Of a DNA stretch of 64,000 bases, positions 29,211 to 40,825 are shown piece after piece (position 1 is the stretch's first letter; every line of letters starts with the position of its first letter). Under the pieces are notes generated by a model that had not been told where the DNA came from, ran no database searches, and saw nothing but the letters and a program-made list of their open reading frames with translations. Position numbers and translations under genes: made by a program. The DNA is from Candidatus Udaeobacter sp. (GTDB lineage: Bacteria > Patescibacteriota > Patescibacteriia > Magasanikbacterales > GWA2-37-8), in the NCBI GenBank assembly GCA_035473115.1, contig DATION010000006.1, positions 521 through 64,520 on the forward strand. The letters are read 5' to 3'.

Positions 29211-30602
29211 ATGCGTCTGCTAACAACTGAAACAGTAAATAAGGTAGGGGAGGAAGTTTTGCTTAAAGGCTGGGTAAATGCTCGCCGTAATATGGGTAAG
29301 ATAGTTTTTTTGGATTTGCGCGATCGTGAAGGAATAGTGCAGGTCGTGGGTGTGCCAAGTGAGCTCGACGAATCTGCCAACGAAACTTTGAAAGAAGTTC
29401 GTCCGGAATGGGTTTTGCAGATTAAAGGCCTGGTAAAAGAACGCGGTGAAAAACAAAAAAATCCAGATATGCCAACTGGCACAATCGAAATTTTGATGAA
29501 AGAATTAGTTGTCTTGAATAAAGCGGAAACTCCACCGTTTGAAATTGATAAAGATACCAAAGGAATTAATGAAGAGTTGCGCCTTAAGTACCGCTATTTG
29601 GATTTGCGTTCAGAGAGAATGCAAAAAAATATTCGCATGCGTGACAGAATAATTACTTTTTTTAGAGAGTACATGCACAAGAATAGTTTTGTGGAAATTG
29701 AAACGCCAATTTTGATGAAAGGAACTCCGGAAGGATCACGTGAATATATTGTTCCTTCCCGTTTGCATTCAGGAAAATTTTACGTTTTGCCGCAATCACC
29801 GCAGCAATTTAAACAACTTTGTATGGTAGCGGGATTTGAAAGATATTTTCAAATTGCCAGATGTTTCCGCGATGAAGATCAGCGCGGTGATCGTCAGCCA
29901 GAGTTTACTCAGCTGGATTTTGAGATGTCTTTTGTTACCCAAGAAGATGTTTTGCAATATACCGAAGCCATGTTTATTGAATTTGTGACCAAGTTATTTC
30001 CTGAAAAAAAGATTACCTCCACTCCGTTTCCACGTTTGACTTATGCGGAATGTCTGGAGAAGTATAATGGTGATAAACCAGATTTGCGTCAGGATAAAAA
30101 TGATCCAAATGAGCTGGCGTTTGCTTGGGTTTTGGATTTTCCGATGTTTGAAAAAGATGAAGAAGGCAATATCGCAGCCAAGCATCATCCATTTTGTTCT
30201 ATTAAAGAAGAAGATAAAGAAAAATTCATGCGCGGCGAGGATTTGATGTCCATTCGCGCCAATGCCTATGATTTAGTTTTGAATGGTTATGAACTTTCTT
30301 CTGGCAGTATTCGTATCCACGAAAGAGAGCTGCAAAAAAGAATTTTTGATTTATTGAAAATTAGCGAAGAAGAACAGCAAGAAAGATTTGGCCATATGTT
30401 AGAGGCGTTTACTTTCGGCGCTCCGCCGCATGGTGGGTTTGCACCGGGTATAGATAGAATTGCGATGTTAATGGCTGGAGAGCCTAATATTCGTGAGGTA
30501 ATCGCTTATCCTAAGACAGGCGACGCCAGAGATCTGATGATGGGCGCGCCTACGCCAATGCCGGCAAAATCCCTCAAGGATGTACACATAAAAATAGATT
30601 AG
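29211..30602 (+). CDS. aspS: Aspartate--tRNA ligase, bacterial type lacking GAD domain
   Basis: LRLKYRYLDLR, LPQSPQQFKQL, FRDED.R.DRQPEFTQ, GAPPHGG. Confidence 0.95.
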   Translation: MRLLTTETVNKVGEEVLLKGWVNARRNMGKIVFLDLRDREGIVQVVGVPSELDESANETLKEVRPEWVLQIKGLVKERGEKQKNPDMPTGTIEILMKELVVLNKAETPPFEIDKDTKGINEELRLKYRYLDLRSERMQKNIRMRDRIITFFREYMHKNSFVEIETPILMKGTPEGSREYIVPSRLHSGKFYVLPQSPQQFKQLCMVAGFERYFQIARCFRDEDQRGDRQPEFTQLDFEMSFVTQEDVLQYTEAMFIEFVTKLFPEKKITSTPFPRLTYAECLEKYNGDKPDLRQDKNDPNELAFAWVLDFPMFEKDEEGNIAAKHHPFCSIKEEDKEKFMRGEDLMSIRANAYDLVLNGYELSSGSIRIHERELQKRIFDLLKISEEEQQERFGHMLEAFTFGAPPHGGFAPGIDRIAMLMAGEPNIREVIAYPKTGDARDLMMGAPTPMPAKSLKDVHIKID

Positions 30603-30606
30603 TTTC

Positions 30607-31311
30607 ATGTCCACAGAATTAAAATTAGAAAAATTTGAAGGCCCTTTGGATTTATTGCTGCAGCTGGTTGATCAGGAAAAGTTAAGCATAACCGAAATTG
30701 CTTTGGCCAAAGTTACTGAGCAGTTTTTTTCTTATCTGGATAAATTGGAAGAGAATCGTTCCGAAGAATTGGCAGATTTTTTGACAGTGGCTGTTCGTTT
30801 GGTATATTTAAAGTCCCATCATTTATTGCAATACGCTTTGCCCAAAGAAGAAGACACTGGACCGGGGTTGGCTGATCAGTTAAAATTATATAAACAGTAC
30901 GTTGACGCTAGCAAAACGGTAAATAATTTGTGGGGAGAAAACAAAGTTGCTTACGGCCGAACTGAACCGCCTGTAAAAAATGAAGAATTTACTTTGCCTA
31001 TCAACGCTGCCGCAGATAATCTGCATAAATCAATGGTTTTTTTGGTTAACCGTTTAAAGCCTTTGGAGCCATTGCCAAAAGTTACCATTGATCATTCTAT
31101 TTCGGTAAAGCAGAAAATAGATTCTATCAGACATTTGCTAAAGAACGGACGGGAATTAAGCTTTAATAATTTGTTGGCAGCGGCGCAAAATAAAACCGAG
31201 ATCATAGTCAGTTTTTTGGCTATTCTAGAACTGGTCAAAGAAAAATCAATCAATTTTAAACAAACAAATTCGTTTGCCGATTTATTAGTAACTAAAAATT
31301 TACATGTCTAA
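30607..31311 (+). CDS. scpA: Segregation and condensation protein A
   Basis: FEGPLDLLLQL, IVSFLAILELVK. Confidence 0.93.
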   Translation: MSTELKLEKFEGPLDLLLQLVDQEKLSITEIALAKVTEQFFSYLDKLEENRSEELADFLTVAVRLVYLKSHHLLQYALPKEEDTGPGLADQLKLYKQYVDASKTVNNLWGENKVAYGRTEPPVKNEEFTLPINAAADNLHKSMVFLVNRLKPLEPLPKVTIDHSISVKQKIDSIRHLLKNGRELSFNNLLAAAQNKTEIIVSFLAILELVKEKSINFKQTNSFADLLVTKNLHV

Positions 31312-31840
31312 TCAATCCAAAATTGAATCCGTTTTATTTGTCGCTTCCAAACCGCTCTTAACCAAAAAAATAGCGGCGGCTTTAAAAATTAGCGATCAAG
31401 AAGTTTTGGCAGATTTAAAAAATTTACAGTTAAAATATAATAACCCGGATTCGGGCATAGCGATTTTGCAAAACGGTGATGAATGGCAGATGGTGGCCAG
31501 CGCCGAAAATACAGATGTTTCGGAAAATTTTTTAAAGTCAGAAGTCTCCGGAGAGTTAACTAAGCCCCAGTTGGAAACTTTGACCGTAGTTTCTTATTGC
31601 GGACCGATAACCAAGCCGGAACTGGATCAAATCAGAGGGGTTAACTGCGGTTTAATTTTGCGCAATTTAATGCTGCGCGGGCTGGTCAAAGAAACCGAAG
31701 ATGATGGGCATATTTTGCCTGTGTACGAAATTACTATGGACTATTTGAGACATTTAGGTTTAAATAGTCTGACTGAATTGCCGAATTATGCAGAGTTGCA
31801 TAATCATCCTTACATTGCCGGTTTGGCTAAAGAAGAGTAG
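31304..31840 (+). CDS. scpB: Segregation and condensation protein B
   Basis: IESVLF, LETLTVVSY..PIT, IRGVN, LGLNSLTELP. Confidence 0.93.
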   Translation: MSNQSKIESVLFVASKPLLTKKIAAALKISDQEVLADLKNLQLKYNNPDSGIAILQNGDEWQMVASAENTDVSENFLKSEVSGELTKPQLETLTVVSYCGPITKPELDQIRGVNCGLILRNLMLRGLVKETEDDGHILPVYEITMDYLRHLGLNSLTELPNYAELHNHPYIAGLAKEE

Positions 31841-31854
31841 ATCCTTAAATACTT

Positions 31855-32865
31855 ATGTCAAATAAACTTGCAGATTTTTTATCATCTTTCGGCATAATGT
31901 TGGCCGGAGTTTTTTTATTATTTTTTTCTTCAGTTTATTTTGCTTCCGGCAGCAGTCCGTCTTTTTCTCAATTTCCCAAAAGCGCTAAAAGAAATCCGGT
32001 TGGTGGTGATATTAGCTTAACCAATTTACCGGCCAGCAAGCCGGCAGTTCCTTTGGCTAAAGACAAAGATGATTTTTCCGGTTCCAGCACAGCGGCATCG
32101 GCTATTGTGGTTGATACCAAAACAAAAACTGTTTTATTTAGCAAAAATACCAGTGAAGTGCGTCCGCTGGCCAGCATTACCAAACTTATGACGGCAATGG
32201 TGTTGTTGGACTTGCCTGTCAATTGGGCTTCAACAACTGTCGTTACCGATGAAGACATAGAAGGGGATCATCATATTAATGCCGGAGAAAAGTTTACTCT
32301 GGATGACTTGTGGCATGTGGCTTTAATCGGCTCATCCAATTCGGCAATTAATGCTTTGGTGAGAAATAGCGGTGTGAGCAAAGAGAAATTTGTTGATTTG
32401 ATGAATGAAAAAGCCAAAGAGCTAAGATTGTCTTCAGTTCGTTTTGATGAACCAACTGGTTTATCTGATAAAAACATGGCTAATGTTTTGGACACGTCCA
32501 AGTTGCTGATAGATGCCTTAAAGTTTGATAAAATTTATACTACCGTTCAGACCGGAGAATATTATGCCCATCCGTTAAATAGCGATAAGGCCCGAAGAAT
32601 TTGGACAACAAATTGGCTGTTGACCAATTGGGTGCCTAATAATTTTAAAGTGGAAAATATTGCCGGCAAGACAGGCTATATCGAAGATTCAGGCTATAAT
32701 TTTGCCGTTAGTTTAAGCAATGAAAAAAAACATAATATCTCAGTAGTGGTTTTTGGCGCGGCCACTAACGAAGCTAGATTTAGCGAAGCGCGTGATTTGG
32801 CAGATTGGGTTTTTGGGCATTATTTATGGCCGGATGATGCGGGGTATAATGGATTAACCGAGTAA
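31855..32865 (+). CDS. D-alanyl-D-alanine carboxypeptidase (peptidase S11)
   Basis: ASITK (SxxK), SSN (SxN), GKTG; N-terminal TM. Confidence 0.9.
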   Translation: MSNKLADFLSSFGIMLAGVFLLFFSSVYFASGSSPSFSQFPKSAKRNPVGGDISLTNLPASKPAVPLAKDKDDFSGSSTAASAIVVDTKTKTVLFSKNTSEVRPLASITKLMTAMVLLDLPVNWASTTVVTDEDIEGDHHINAGEKFTLDDLWHVALIGSSNSAINALVRNSGVSKEKFVDLMNEKAKELRLSSVRFDEPTGLSDKNMANVLDTSKLLIDALKFDKIYTTVQTGEYYAHPLNSDKARRIWTTNWLLTNWVPNNFKVENIAGKTGYIEDSGYNFAVSLSNEKKHNISVVVFGAATNEARFSEARDLADWVFGHYLWPDDAGYNGLTE

Positions 32866-32934
32866 TTAGAAATTTCTCTTCTACAAATTTAAAAAAAGTA
32901 GTATAATATAACTTATACTACTTTTTTAATTAAA

Positions 32935-34101
32935 ATGAGTTTAAAATCAATCGAACAAGTCAAAAATTTAGCCAACAAAAACGTGCTGGTACGCGCAGAT
33001 TTTAATGTCCCTGTAAAAGGCGGCAAGGTTTTGGATAATTATAAAATAAAAAAAAGTTTAGCCACTATTAAATTTTTAATGGAAAAACGCGCCAAAGTTA
33101 TTTTGGTCAGTCATTTGGGGCGGCCAAGTGGAATAGATAGAAAATTGAGTTTAAAACCAATTGCTGATGAGTTGGGCAAATTTTTACAAAAAAATATTAA
33201 ACTTTTGAATGTTTTAGATCTAAAAAAAGCAAAAACACAAATTGATAGTTTGCTGCCAAGCTCGGTGGTCCTGCTGGAAAATATTCGCTTTGTCAAAGGA
33301 GAAGAAGCTAATTCAGATAAATTGGCCAAAGATTTAGCTGGCTTGGCTGATATATTTGTTTTGGATGGTTTTGGAGTCGCTCATCGGACTGCCGCTTCGG
33401 TAACCGGCGTGGCCAAACATTTGCCGGCCTATGCGGGATTATTGCTCAAAGAAGAAATAGATGGCTTAAACCGGGCTCTCAAAAAACCTAAAAAACCATT
33501 CACAGTGGTGCTTGGCGGAGCAAAAATGGAAACCAAAATTCCGGTATTAAAAAATTTATTAAAAAAAGCCAATTATATTTTGGTCGGCGGCGGAATATTA
33601 AACACCTACCTTTGGGCCAAAGGCCATAAAATCGGCGGATCATTGGTTGATAAAAAATTAAAAAAAGAAGCCTTGCGTTATTGCGGGAAGCGAAAAGTTA
33701 TTCTGCCAGTGGATGTTATCGTTGGCACCAAAGATGGCAAGCTGGCCAAAGCGGTTGATATTAAAAATATCAATATTAAGAATAAAAATTTGGCGATTTT
33801 TGATATTGGTCCAAAAACAATCAAACTATTTTCTACTTATATCAAAAAATCTCAGACTTTAATTTGGAACGGAGCCATGGGTTATTTTGAACAGCACCCA
33901 TATCAGTACGGCACTTACTCAATAGCGCGGCTAGTAGCTTCTCGTTCTCAAGGCAAAGCCTTTGGCATAACTGGTGGCGGCGAAACAATAGAGGTTTTAA
34001 AAAAGCTGCATTTGATCGCGGATATTGATTTGGCTTCAACTGGAGGCGGATCTATGCTAGAATACTTAAGCGGCAAGAAATTGCCTGGATTAGAAATATA
34101 A
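32935..34101 (+). CDS. pgk: Phosphoglycerate kinase
   Basis: VRADFNVP, SHLGRP, LLENIRF, LGGAK, DIGPKT, STGGG. Confidence 0.96.
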   Translation: MSLKSIEQVKNLANKNVLVRADFNVPVKGGKVLDNYKIKKSLATIKFLMEKRAKVILVSHLGRPSGIDRKLSLKPIADELGKFLQKNIKLLNVLDLKKAKTQIDSLLPSSVVLLENIRFVKGEEANSDKLAKDLAGLADIFVLDGFGVAHRTAASVTGVAKHLPAYAGLLLKEEIDGLNRALKKPKKPFTVVLGGAKMETKIPVLKNLLKKANYILVGGGILNTYLWAKGHKIGGSLVDKKLKKEALRYCGKRKVILPVDVIVGTKDGKLAKAVDIKNINIKNKNLAIFDIGPKTIKLFSTYIKKSQTLIWNGAMGYFEQHPYQYGTYSIARLVASRSQGKAFGITGGGETIEVLKKLHLIADIDLASTGGGSMLEYLSGKKLPGLEI

Positions 34102-34160
34102 AATATTAATTAATAATTGAACTGTTTGGTTTTCTCCAAATAGTTCAGGAGGATTCAAAT

Positions 34161-35012
34161 ATGCCAACACCAATGGGCGGCAACAAACAGGAGCCGATGT
34201 CGGAAAAAATGGGATTAAATTCGTGCTGCAGCACAGGAAGCTGCTGGCACCATCGTCACTTTGGAAAAAAATTAATAATGACCTTTATAGGTATTTTTTT
34301 AGCTTATGGAATAGTTTTCTTGGGAACACTTATCCATAACAACATGAAAAAGTACGCTTTTATCGGCAAAGCGGACCGCGGTGAAAGAACAGTGACAGTG
34401 GCCGGTGTCGGTAGAGTAAATGGCAAAAATGATATTGCTGTGACAACTATGGGTTATTCTAATACTGACAAAGATGTGGCTAAAGCTCAAACCGAGAACA
34501 AGAGAGTGATGGATCAAATTTTTACCGAATTAAAGAAAATGAACGTTGATGCCAAAGATTTACAGAGTAATTACTCTATTTATCCTGATTATAATTATAC
34601 TCAGGATAAGGGCCAGCAATTAAACGGCTATCGAGTTAGCAATAGCTTGACTATTAAAATTAGAGATCTAAGCAAGATTAGCGACGTGTTATCTTTGGCC
34701 GGTAAATATGGCGCCACCGAAGTTAATGGTTTAAATTTTACTATTGATGATCCGGAAAATTTGAAATCCCAAGCGCGCGACAAAGCTTTGTTGGATGCCA
34801 AGACAAAAGCTGAGCATTTAGCTAATGTATTGGGCTTGCGTTTAGGCGGAGTGATTACTTATAATGAATATGAAAACGGCACTCCCGATATCTATCAGCC
34901 GCAAATGATGAAAACTATGGGTGATGGTATGGGTGGTGGCGGACCGGCAGCAGTTTCTGAGGGTAGCAGAGATGTTTATATGAACGTGAATGTTACTTAC
35001 GAATTATTGTAA
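34161..35012 (+). CDS. SIMPL (DUF541) domain protein
   Basis: TVTVAGVG, YSIYPDY, GYRVSNSLTIKIRD, ARDKAL.DAK.KA..LA. Confidence 0.88.
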   Translation: MPTPMGGNKQEPMSEKMGLNSCCSTGSCWHHRHFGKKLIMTFIGIFLAYGIVFLGTLIHNNMKKYAFIGKADRGERTVTVAGVGRVNGKNDIAVTTMGYSNTDKDVAKAQTENKRVMDQIFTELKKMNVDAKDLQSNYSIYPDYNYTQDKGQQLNGYRVSNSLTIKIRDLSKISDVLSLAGKYGATEVNGLNFTIDDPENLKSQARDKALLDAKTKAEHLANVLGLRLGGVITYNEYENGTPDIYQPQMMKTMGDGMGGGGPAAVSEGSRDVYMNVNVTYELL

Positions 35013-35112
35013 TAAACCTTGTTTGTATTTTAGACTAAAAACAAAACAAAAAGGAGCTAAAAAAGCTCTTTTTTGTTAGGAAATGGTATGGTATAATGGC
35101 ATTGTGTTTTAA

Positions 35113-36372
<1,260 letters not shown>

Positions 36373-36394
36373 AATTTATAGTTTTCTATCGTTT

Positions 36395-37948
36395 ATGCAA
36401 AAAAAATTAAAAACTACAGCTTTTATCATAGTAGATGGTTGGGGGGTTGGGAATCCCAAAGATCCGGGCAATCCAATTACGCCCAAAAGCGCGCCAAATT
36501 ATTTTGCGATGATAAAAAAATATCCTAATTCTCAATTAGAAGCCAGCGGAGAAAGTGTGGGGTTATTTAAAGGTGAAGCAGGAAATAGTGAAGCTGGCCA
36601 CTTAAATTTAGGCGCTGGTCGGGTAGTCAAACAAGATGCGCTTTATATTTCCGATGCGATCAAAGATGGCACGTTTTTTAAAAATAATGCCTTTCGTCAA
36701 GCTCTGCACCATGTAAAAAAATATGACACAGCCGTTCATTTAATGGGCCTATTATCAAATCATAACAGCGCTCATTCTTGCCCGGAACATTTATTTGCTT
36801 TGTTGGACTTATTTCATCAGGAAAAAATAAGAAAAGTTTATTTGCATCTTTTTACCGATGGCCGAGATTCAGGGCAATTTCAAGCGCATAAACATTTTCG
36901 TCTGTTGCAAAAGTTTTTTCATGGCAACGAAAGAATAGCTACAGTAATGGGGCGGTTTTATGGAATGGATAGAAATAAAAATTGGGATCGCACAAAAAAA
37001 GCTTATGAAGCAATGGTTCTGGGAAAAGGCTGCGCGGCAACCAGCGTCGAAGATGCTTTAAGAAATTCTTATGATAATGGCGATACTGATGAATTTACTT
37101 GTCCGACTGTGATTGTCGAAAACAATCGTCCCGTAGCTACTATTAAAGACAACGACGCAATTTTCTTTTTTAATTTACGCAGTGATCGCGCCCGACAATT
37201 AACCAAAGCTTTTGTGCAACCGGATTTTGAAAAGCTTAATCCGGGAGCGTTTGCGCGTCCACAGCATCCAAAAAATACTCGTTTTGTGGCTTTAACTGAC
37301 TTTGGTCCGGATTTGCCCGGAGTGCTGACCGCTTTTCCTAGCCGCGATGTTAATAAAAGTTTGGTGCAAGTTTTATGCCCAAGAAAACAATTATACTTAG
37401 CTGAATCGGAAAAATTTGCCCATATTACGTACTTTTTTAATGGCGGCTATGCGCAGCATTTCTGTGATGAAAAATGGGTAAAGATTGATTCACCGTATGT
37501 AAAAAATTATGAAGACAGACCGGAGATGAGTGCTAAATTATTGGCTGATTATGTTATTAAGGCGATTGAGTCCGGTGAATATGATTTTATTGCGATGAAT
37601 TTTGCTAATATGGATATGGTGGGGCATACTGGTAATTTTAAGGCCGGTCAAAAAGCTGTCAGTGTAGTGGATAGCGAAATCGGCCGCATAGTTAAAGCTT
37701 TGGAAAAAAATGGCGGTCAGGGCGTTATTACGGCCGATCACGGCAATATCGAAGAAATGATAGACTTAGAAAACGGCGAACCGGACACCGAACATTCTAT
37801 CAATCCGGTGCCATTTATTATTGTAAATAGCCAAATTAAAACTCCGCGCAAATTACCCAACGGCAAGCTGGCTAATGTGGCGCCGACAGTTCTAAAGATG
37901 ATGGGCATTGCCAAACCAAAAGAGATGACTGCCAAGAGTTTAATTTAG
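36395..37948 (+). CDS. gpmI: 2,3-BPG-independent phosphoglycerate mutase, paralog 1
   Basis: DGWG, GNSEAGH, DGRD, ESEKFAH, DMVGHTG, TADHGN. Confidence 0.88.
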   Translation: MQKKLKTTAFIIVDGWGVGNPKDPGNPITPKSAPNYFAMIKKYPNSQLEASGESVGLFKGEAGNSEAGHLNLGAGRVVKQDALYISDAIKDGTFFKNNAFRQALHHVKKYDTAVHLMGLLSNHNSAHSCPEHLFALLDLFHQEKIRKVYLHLFTDGRDSGQFQAHKHFRLLQKFFHGNERIATVMGRFYGMDRNKNWDRTKKAYEAMVLGKGCAATSVEDALRNSYDNGDTDEFTCPTVIVENNRPVATIKDNDAIFFFNLRSDRARQLTKAFVQPDFEKLNPGAFARPQHPKNTRFVALTDFGPDLPGVLTAFPSRDVNKSLVQVLCPRKQLYLAESEKFAHITYFFNGGYAQHFCDEKWVKIDSPYVKNYEDRPEMSAKLLADYVIKAIESGEYDFIAMNFANMDMVGHTGNFKAGQKAVSVVDSEIGRIVKALEKNGGQGVITADHGNIEEMIDLENGEPDTEHSINPVPFIIVNSQIKTPRKLPNGKLANVAPTVLKMMGIAKPKEMTAKSLI

Positions 37949-37962
37949 TCTGTAAGTTTTTT

Positions 37963-39540
37963 ATGAAACATAAACCAGTTGTGCTAGCTATATTGGACGG
38001 CTGGGGAATAGCGCCGGCAGCTGATGGGAATGCTATTACTAAAGCGCAAACTCCAAATTTTGCAAAGTTTATTAAAAATTATCCAGTCATGACTGTGCAC
38101 GCTTCGGGAAACGAAGTTGGTTTGTTGTTCGGAGAAATGGGTAATTCCGAAGTCGGCCACTTAAATATCGGCGCGGGCAGAGTTTACTACCAAAGCTGCC
38201 CGAGAATAAATCAAGAAATAACTAGCGGATCTTTTTTTAAGAACCCGGCATTTTTGGCTGCTGTGGCTAAAGTCAAAAAAAATAATTCCAAACTGCATCT
38301 GGTTGGTTTGATCGGCTCCGGAAATGTGCATGCCAGCAGTGCGCATCTTTACGCTTTGCTTGATTTGTGTAAAAAAGAAAAATTAACTAAAAATGTTTTT
38401 GTGCATGCCATATTAGACGGCCGTGATTCTTTGTATAATTCGGGTAAAGAATTTGTTTTGGAACTAGAAAAAAAAATGTCCGAATTAAAGATAGGCAAAA
38501 TCGCCACTTTATCCGGCCGATATTTTGCCATGGATCGTGATAATCGTTGGGATAGATGTGAGAAAGCTTATCGGGCTATAGCCGAAGGCAAAGCCGACAG
38601 ATATGGCGAAGACCCGATTAAAGTAATTGATGAGTCGTATGAACAAAAAAATTATGATGAAGAATTTACCCCGACTGTTTTAACTTCTAAAAACAAACCG
38701 GTGGCTACCGTAGAAAATGGCGATGCAGTTATCTTTTTTAATTTTCGGCCAGACCGAGCCCGTGAACTGACTCAAGCTTTTGTGGTTCCGTCTTTTAATA
38801 AATTTTCTAAAACATATTTGGACGATCTGTTTTTTGTTACCATGGCGGAGTACGAAAAAGAATTGCCGGTTATGGTGGCATTTCCGCCGATAATCGTTCA
38901 TAATTGTTTGGCCGAAGTTATCAGTAAAGCCGGTTTAAAACAGGTTCATATCGCGGAAACGGAAAAATACGCCCATGTTACATTTTTTTTGAATGGCACT
39001 TTAGAGGATCCATTTCCGGGAGAAGACAGAGTACTTATTCCATCGCCAAAAGTTTCCAGTTATGATCAAAAGCCCGAAATGTCAGCTTTGGAAATTCTTA
39101 AAGAAGTGACTAAAGCGATTGAAAGTGACAAGTATGATTTTATAGTTTTAAATTTGGCTAATGCTGATATGGTCGGGCATACCGGAGTTTTACCGGCCGG
39201 AATCAAAGCTTGTGAAGTGGTTGATAAATGTTTAGGCGAAATTTCTGAACGGGCTTTGGCTAGGGGAGGAGCTCTGGTTATTACCGCCGATCATGGCAAT
39301 GCCGAAGAAATGACCAATCTGCAAACCGGAGCGATAGATAAAGAACACTCCACTAATCCGGTGCCGCTAGTTATTATTGCTAAAGAATTTATGGGTCAAG
39401 CCGGACCATCAGGAGATGCGCCGGAAGGAGATTTGAGTCTATTGCATCCGGTGGGAGTATTGGCAGATGTGGCGCCGACAGTTTTAAAATTGCTAGAAGT
39501 GCCGCAGCCGGAAGATATGACTGGCAAGCCGTTAATTTAA
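37963..39540 (+). CDS. gpmI: 2,3-BPG-independent phosphoglycerate mutase, paralog 2
   Basis: LDGWG, GNSEVGH, GRYFAMDRD, NFRPDRA, ETEKYAH, DMVGHTG, TADHGN. Confidence 0.92.
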   Translation: MKHKPVVLAILDGWGIAPAADGNAITKAQTPNFAKFIKNYPVMTVHASGNEVGLLFGEMGNSEVGHLNIGAGRVYYQSCPRINQEITSGSFFKNPAFLAAVAKVKKNNSKLHLVGLIGSGNVHASSAHLYALLDLCKKEKLTKNVFVHAILDGRDSLYNSGKEFVLELEKKMSELKIGKIATLSGRYFAMDRDNRWDRCEKAYRAIAEGKADRYGEDPIKVIDESYEQKNYDEEFTPTVLTSKNKPVATVENGDAVIFFNFRPDRARELTQAFVVPSFNKFSKTYLDDLFFVTMAEYEKELPVMVAFPPIIVHNCLAEVISKAGLKQVHIAETEKYAHVTFFLNGTLEDPFPGEDRVLIPSPKVSSYDQKPEMSALEILKEVTKAIESDKYDFIVLNLANADMVGHTGVLPAGIKACEVVDKCLGEISERALARGGALVITADHGNAEEMTNLQTGAIDKEHSTNPVPLVIIAKEFMGQAGPSGDAPEGDLSLLHPVGVLADVAPTVLKLLEVPQPEDMTGKPLI

Positions 39541-40685
39541 ATTTTCCCGCCTAAGATTTTTTTAATTTTTTCGACTACTTCTAATTCCACTTCTTTAAGA
39601 GTTTTATTGGCAATAACAAATGAGGCTGTTTTTTTATTTCCTTCAGCCTGAAAAGATTGGAGCAGAACTTTGGCATCGCGCTGTTTGTCGGCAGACAAAA
39701 AGCCATGGACTTTATTTTCTCCGGCAGTGTTTTCGTATAACAAAAGAATTACTTTTGCTTCCGGTGAATTGCTGGCTAGTTCGTCTATCAGTTCTTTTAA
39801 TTCTTCTTCGGTAGCTCCGGTTCGAGAGAAATCTTCGCGGGTAATGCTAGTCCATACCAGTCCAACGCTTGGTTCACTTTCCATGTGAGTCAAAGCTTCG
39901 CCCCAGATTTTAAGCGAGGAAATAGATTTAGTTCGATAAAGATGTTTAACTATCTTTTCTCTGTCCGCGCCCAAGTTCATCAGTTCACTGGCAGTATTAA
40001 GAGTGTGGGGAGTAACATTGGTAGTTTTAAAGCTTTGAGTTTGACTAATCATGCCGGCGAGCAGTGCGGTGGCAATTTCGGCATCAATATGAAATGGCGA
40101 AATTTGTTTGACAGTTTTATAAATAATTTCCGAAACTGAAGTGGCGGTAATTTCGACAAAGTTTACTTGGCCAAAATGTTCATTGCCCGGGTGATTATCA
40201 AAGTTAACGATTGGAACTTTATAAAACAGGTCAGTATTGTTAAAAAATATTTTTCCCAAAGATTCCAGGTCTTGAGCATTGATAGTCATTACTAAATCAT
40301 ATTTTAAACTGGATTGAGCAGTGCGCAGTTCATTTTTGGTAATGACGCCTTGTTTGGGAGTTAAATAAATGGAGAGCCAGTTGTCTTTAATGTCGTAGCT
40401 TAGAGTATCAATTTTTACATTGGTAACATCAACTTTTAAAATAAATTTTTGCAGATGAGAGATTTGCGGCTGAATTTCTTCCGGAGACACGATAAATTTT
40501 AAATTTTTCGGTAAAATAAAATTATCGGCAATAATGTCGACTTGCTTGTTTTGTTTTTCCAGCCACTTTTTCCAAGCCACAGCTCCGCAGATGGAGTCTG
40601 TATTTTGGGTTGAGTTTAAAACCAACAAAATATGTCGGCTTTTTTCTAAAAGTTGGCTCAATTGTTGAGTCTCATTTAAAGACAT
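39537..40685 (-). CDS. DHH-family (NrnA-like) protein with degenerate catalytic motifs
   Basis: NTDS, NFDNHPGNEHFGQVN, ATALLAGMISQTQSF; promoter TTGACA-17-TAAGAT near 40751. Confidence 0.8.
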   Translation of the reverse strand: MSLNETQQLSQLLEKSRHILLVLNSTQNTDSICGAVAWKKWLEKQNKQVDIIADNFILPKNLKFIVSPEEIQPQISHLQKFILKVDVTNVKIDTLSYDIKDNWLSIYLTPKQGVITKNELRTAQSSLKYDLVMTINAQDLESLGKIFFNNTDLFYKVPIVNFDNHPGNEHFGQVNFVEITATSVSEIIYKTVKQISPFHIDAEIATALLAGMISQTQSFKTTNVTPHTLNTASELMNLGADREKIVKHLYRTKSISSLKIWGEALTHMESEPSVGLVWTSITREDFSRTGATEEELKELIDELASNSPEAKVILLLYENTAGENKVHGFLSADKQRDAKVLLQSFQAEGNKKTASFVIANKTLKEVELEVVEKIKKILGGKI

Positions 40686-40825
40686 AATTTGGCTATATTT
40701 GGGTCAAATCTTAGAACAGGTCATCTTACCAGCAATCTGATTTCTTGTCAACAGGCAAAAATAGGGCTTAAAATTTGATTTTTTTGCCTTATTTCAGTAA
40801 AATATATGAATTATTAGACCTTAAT

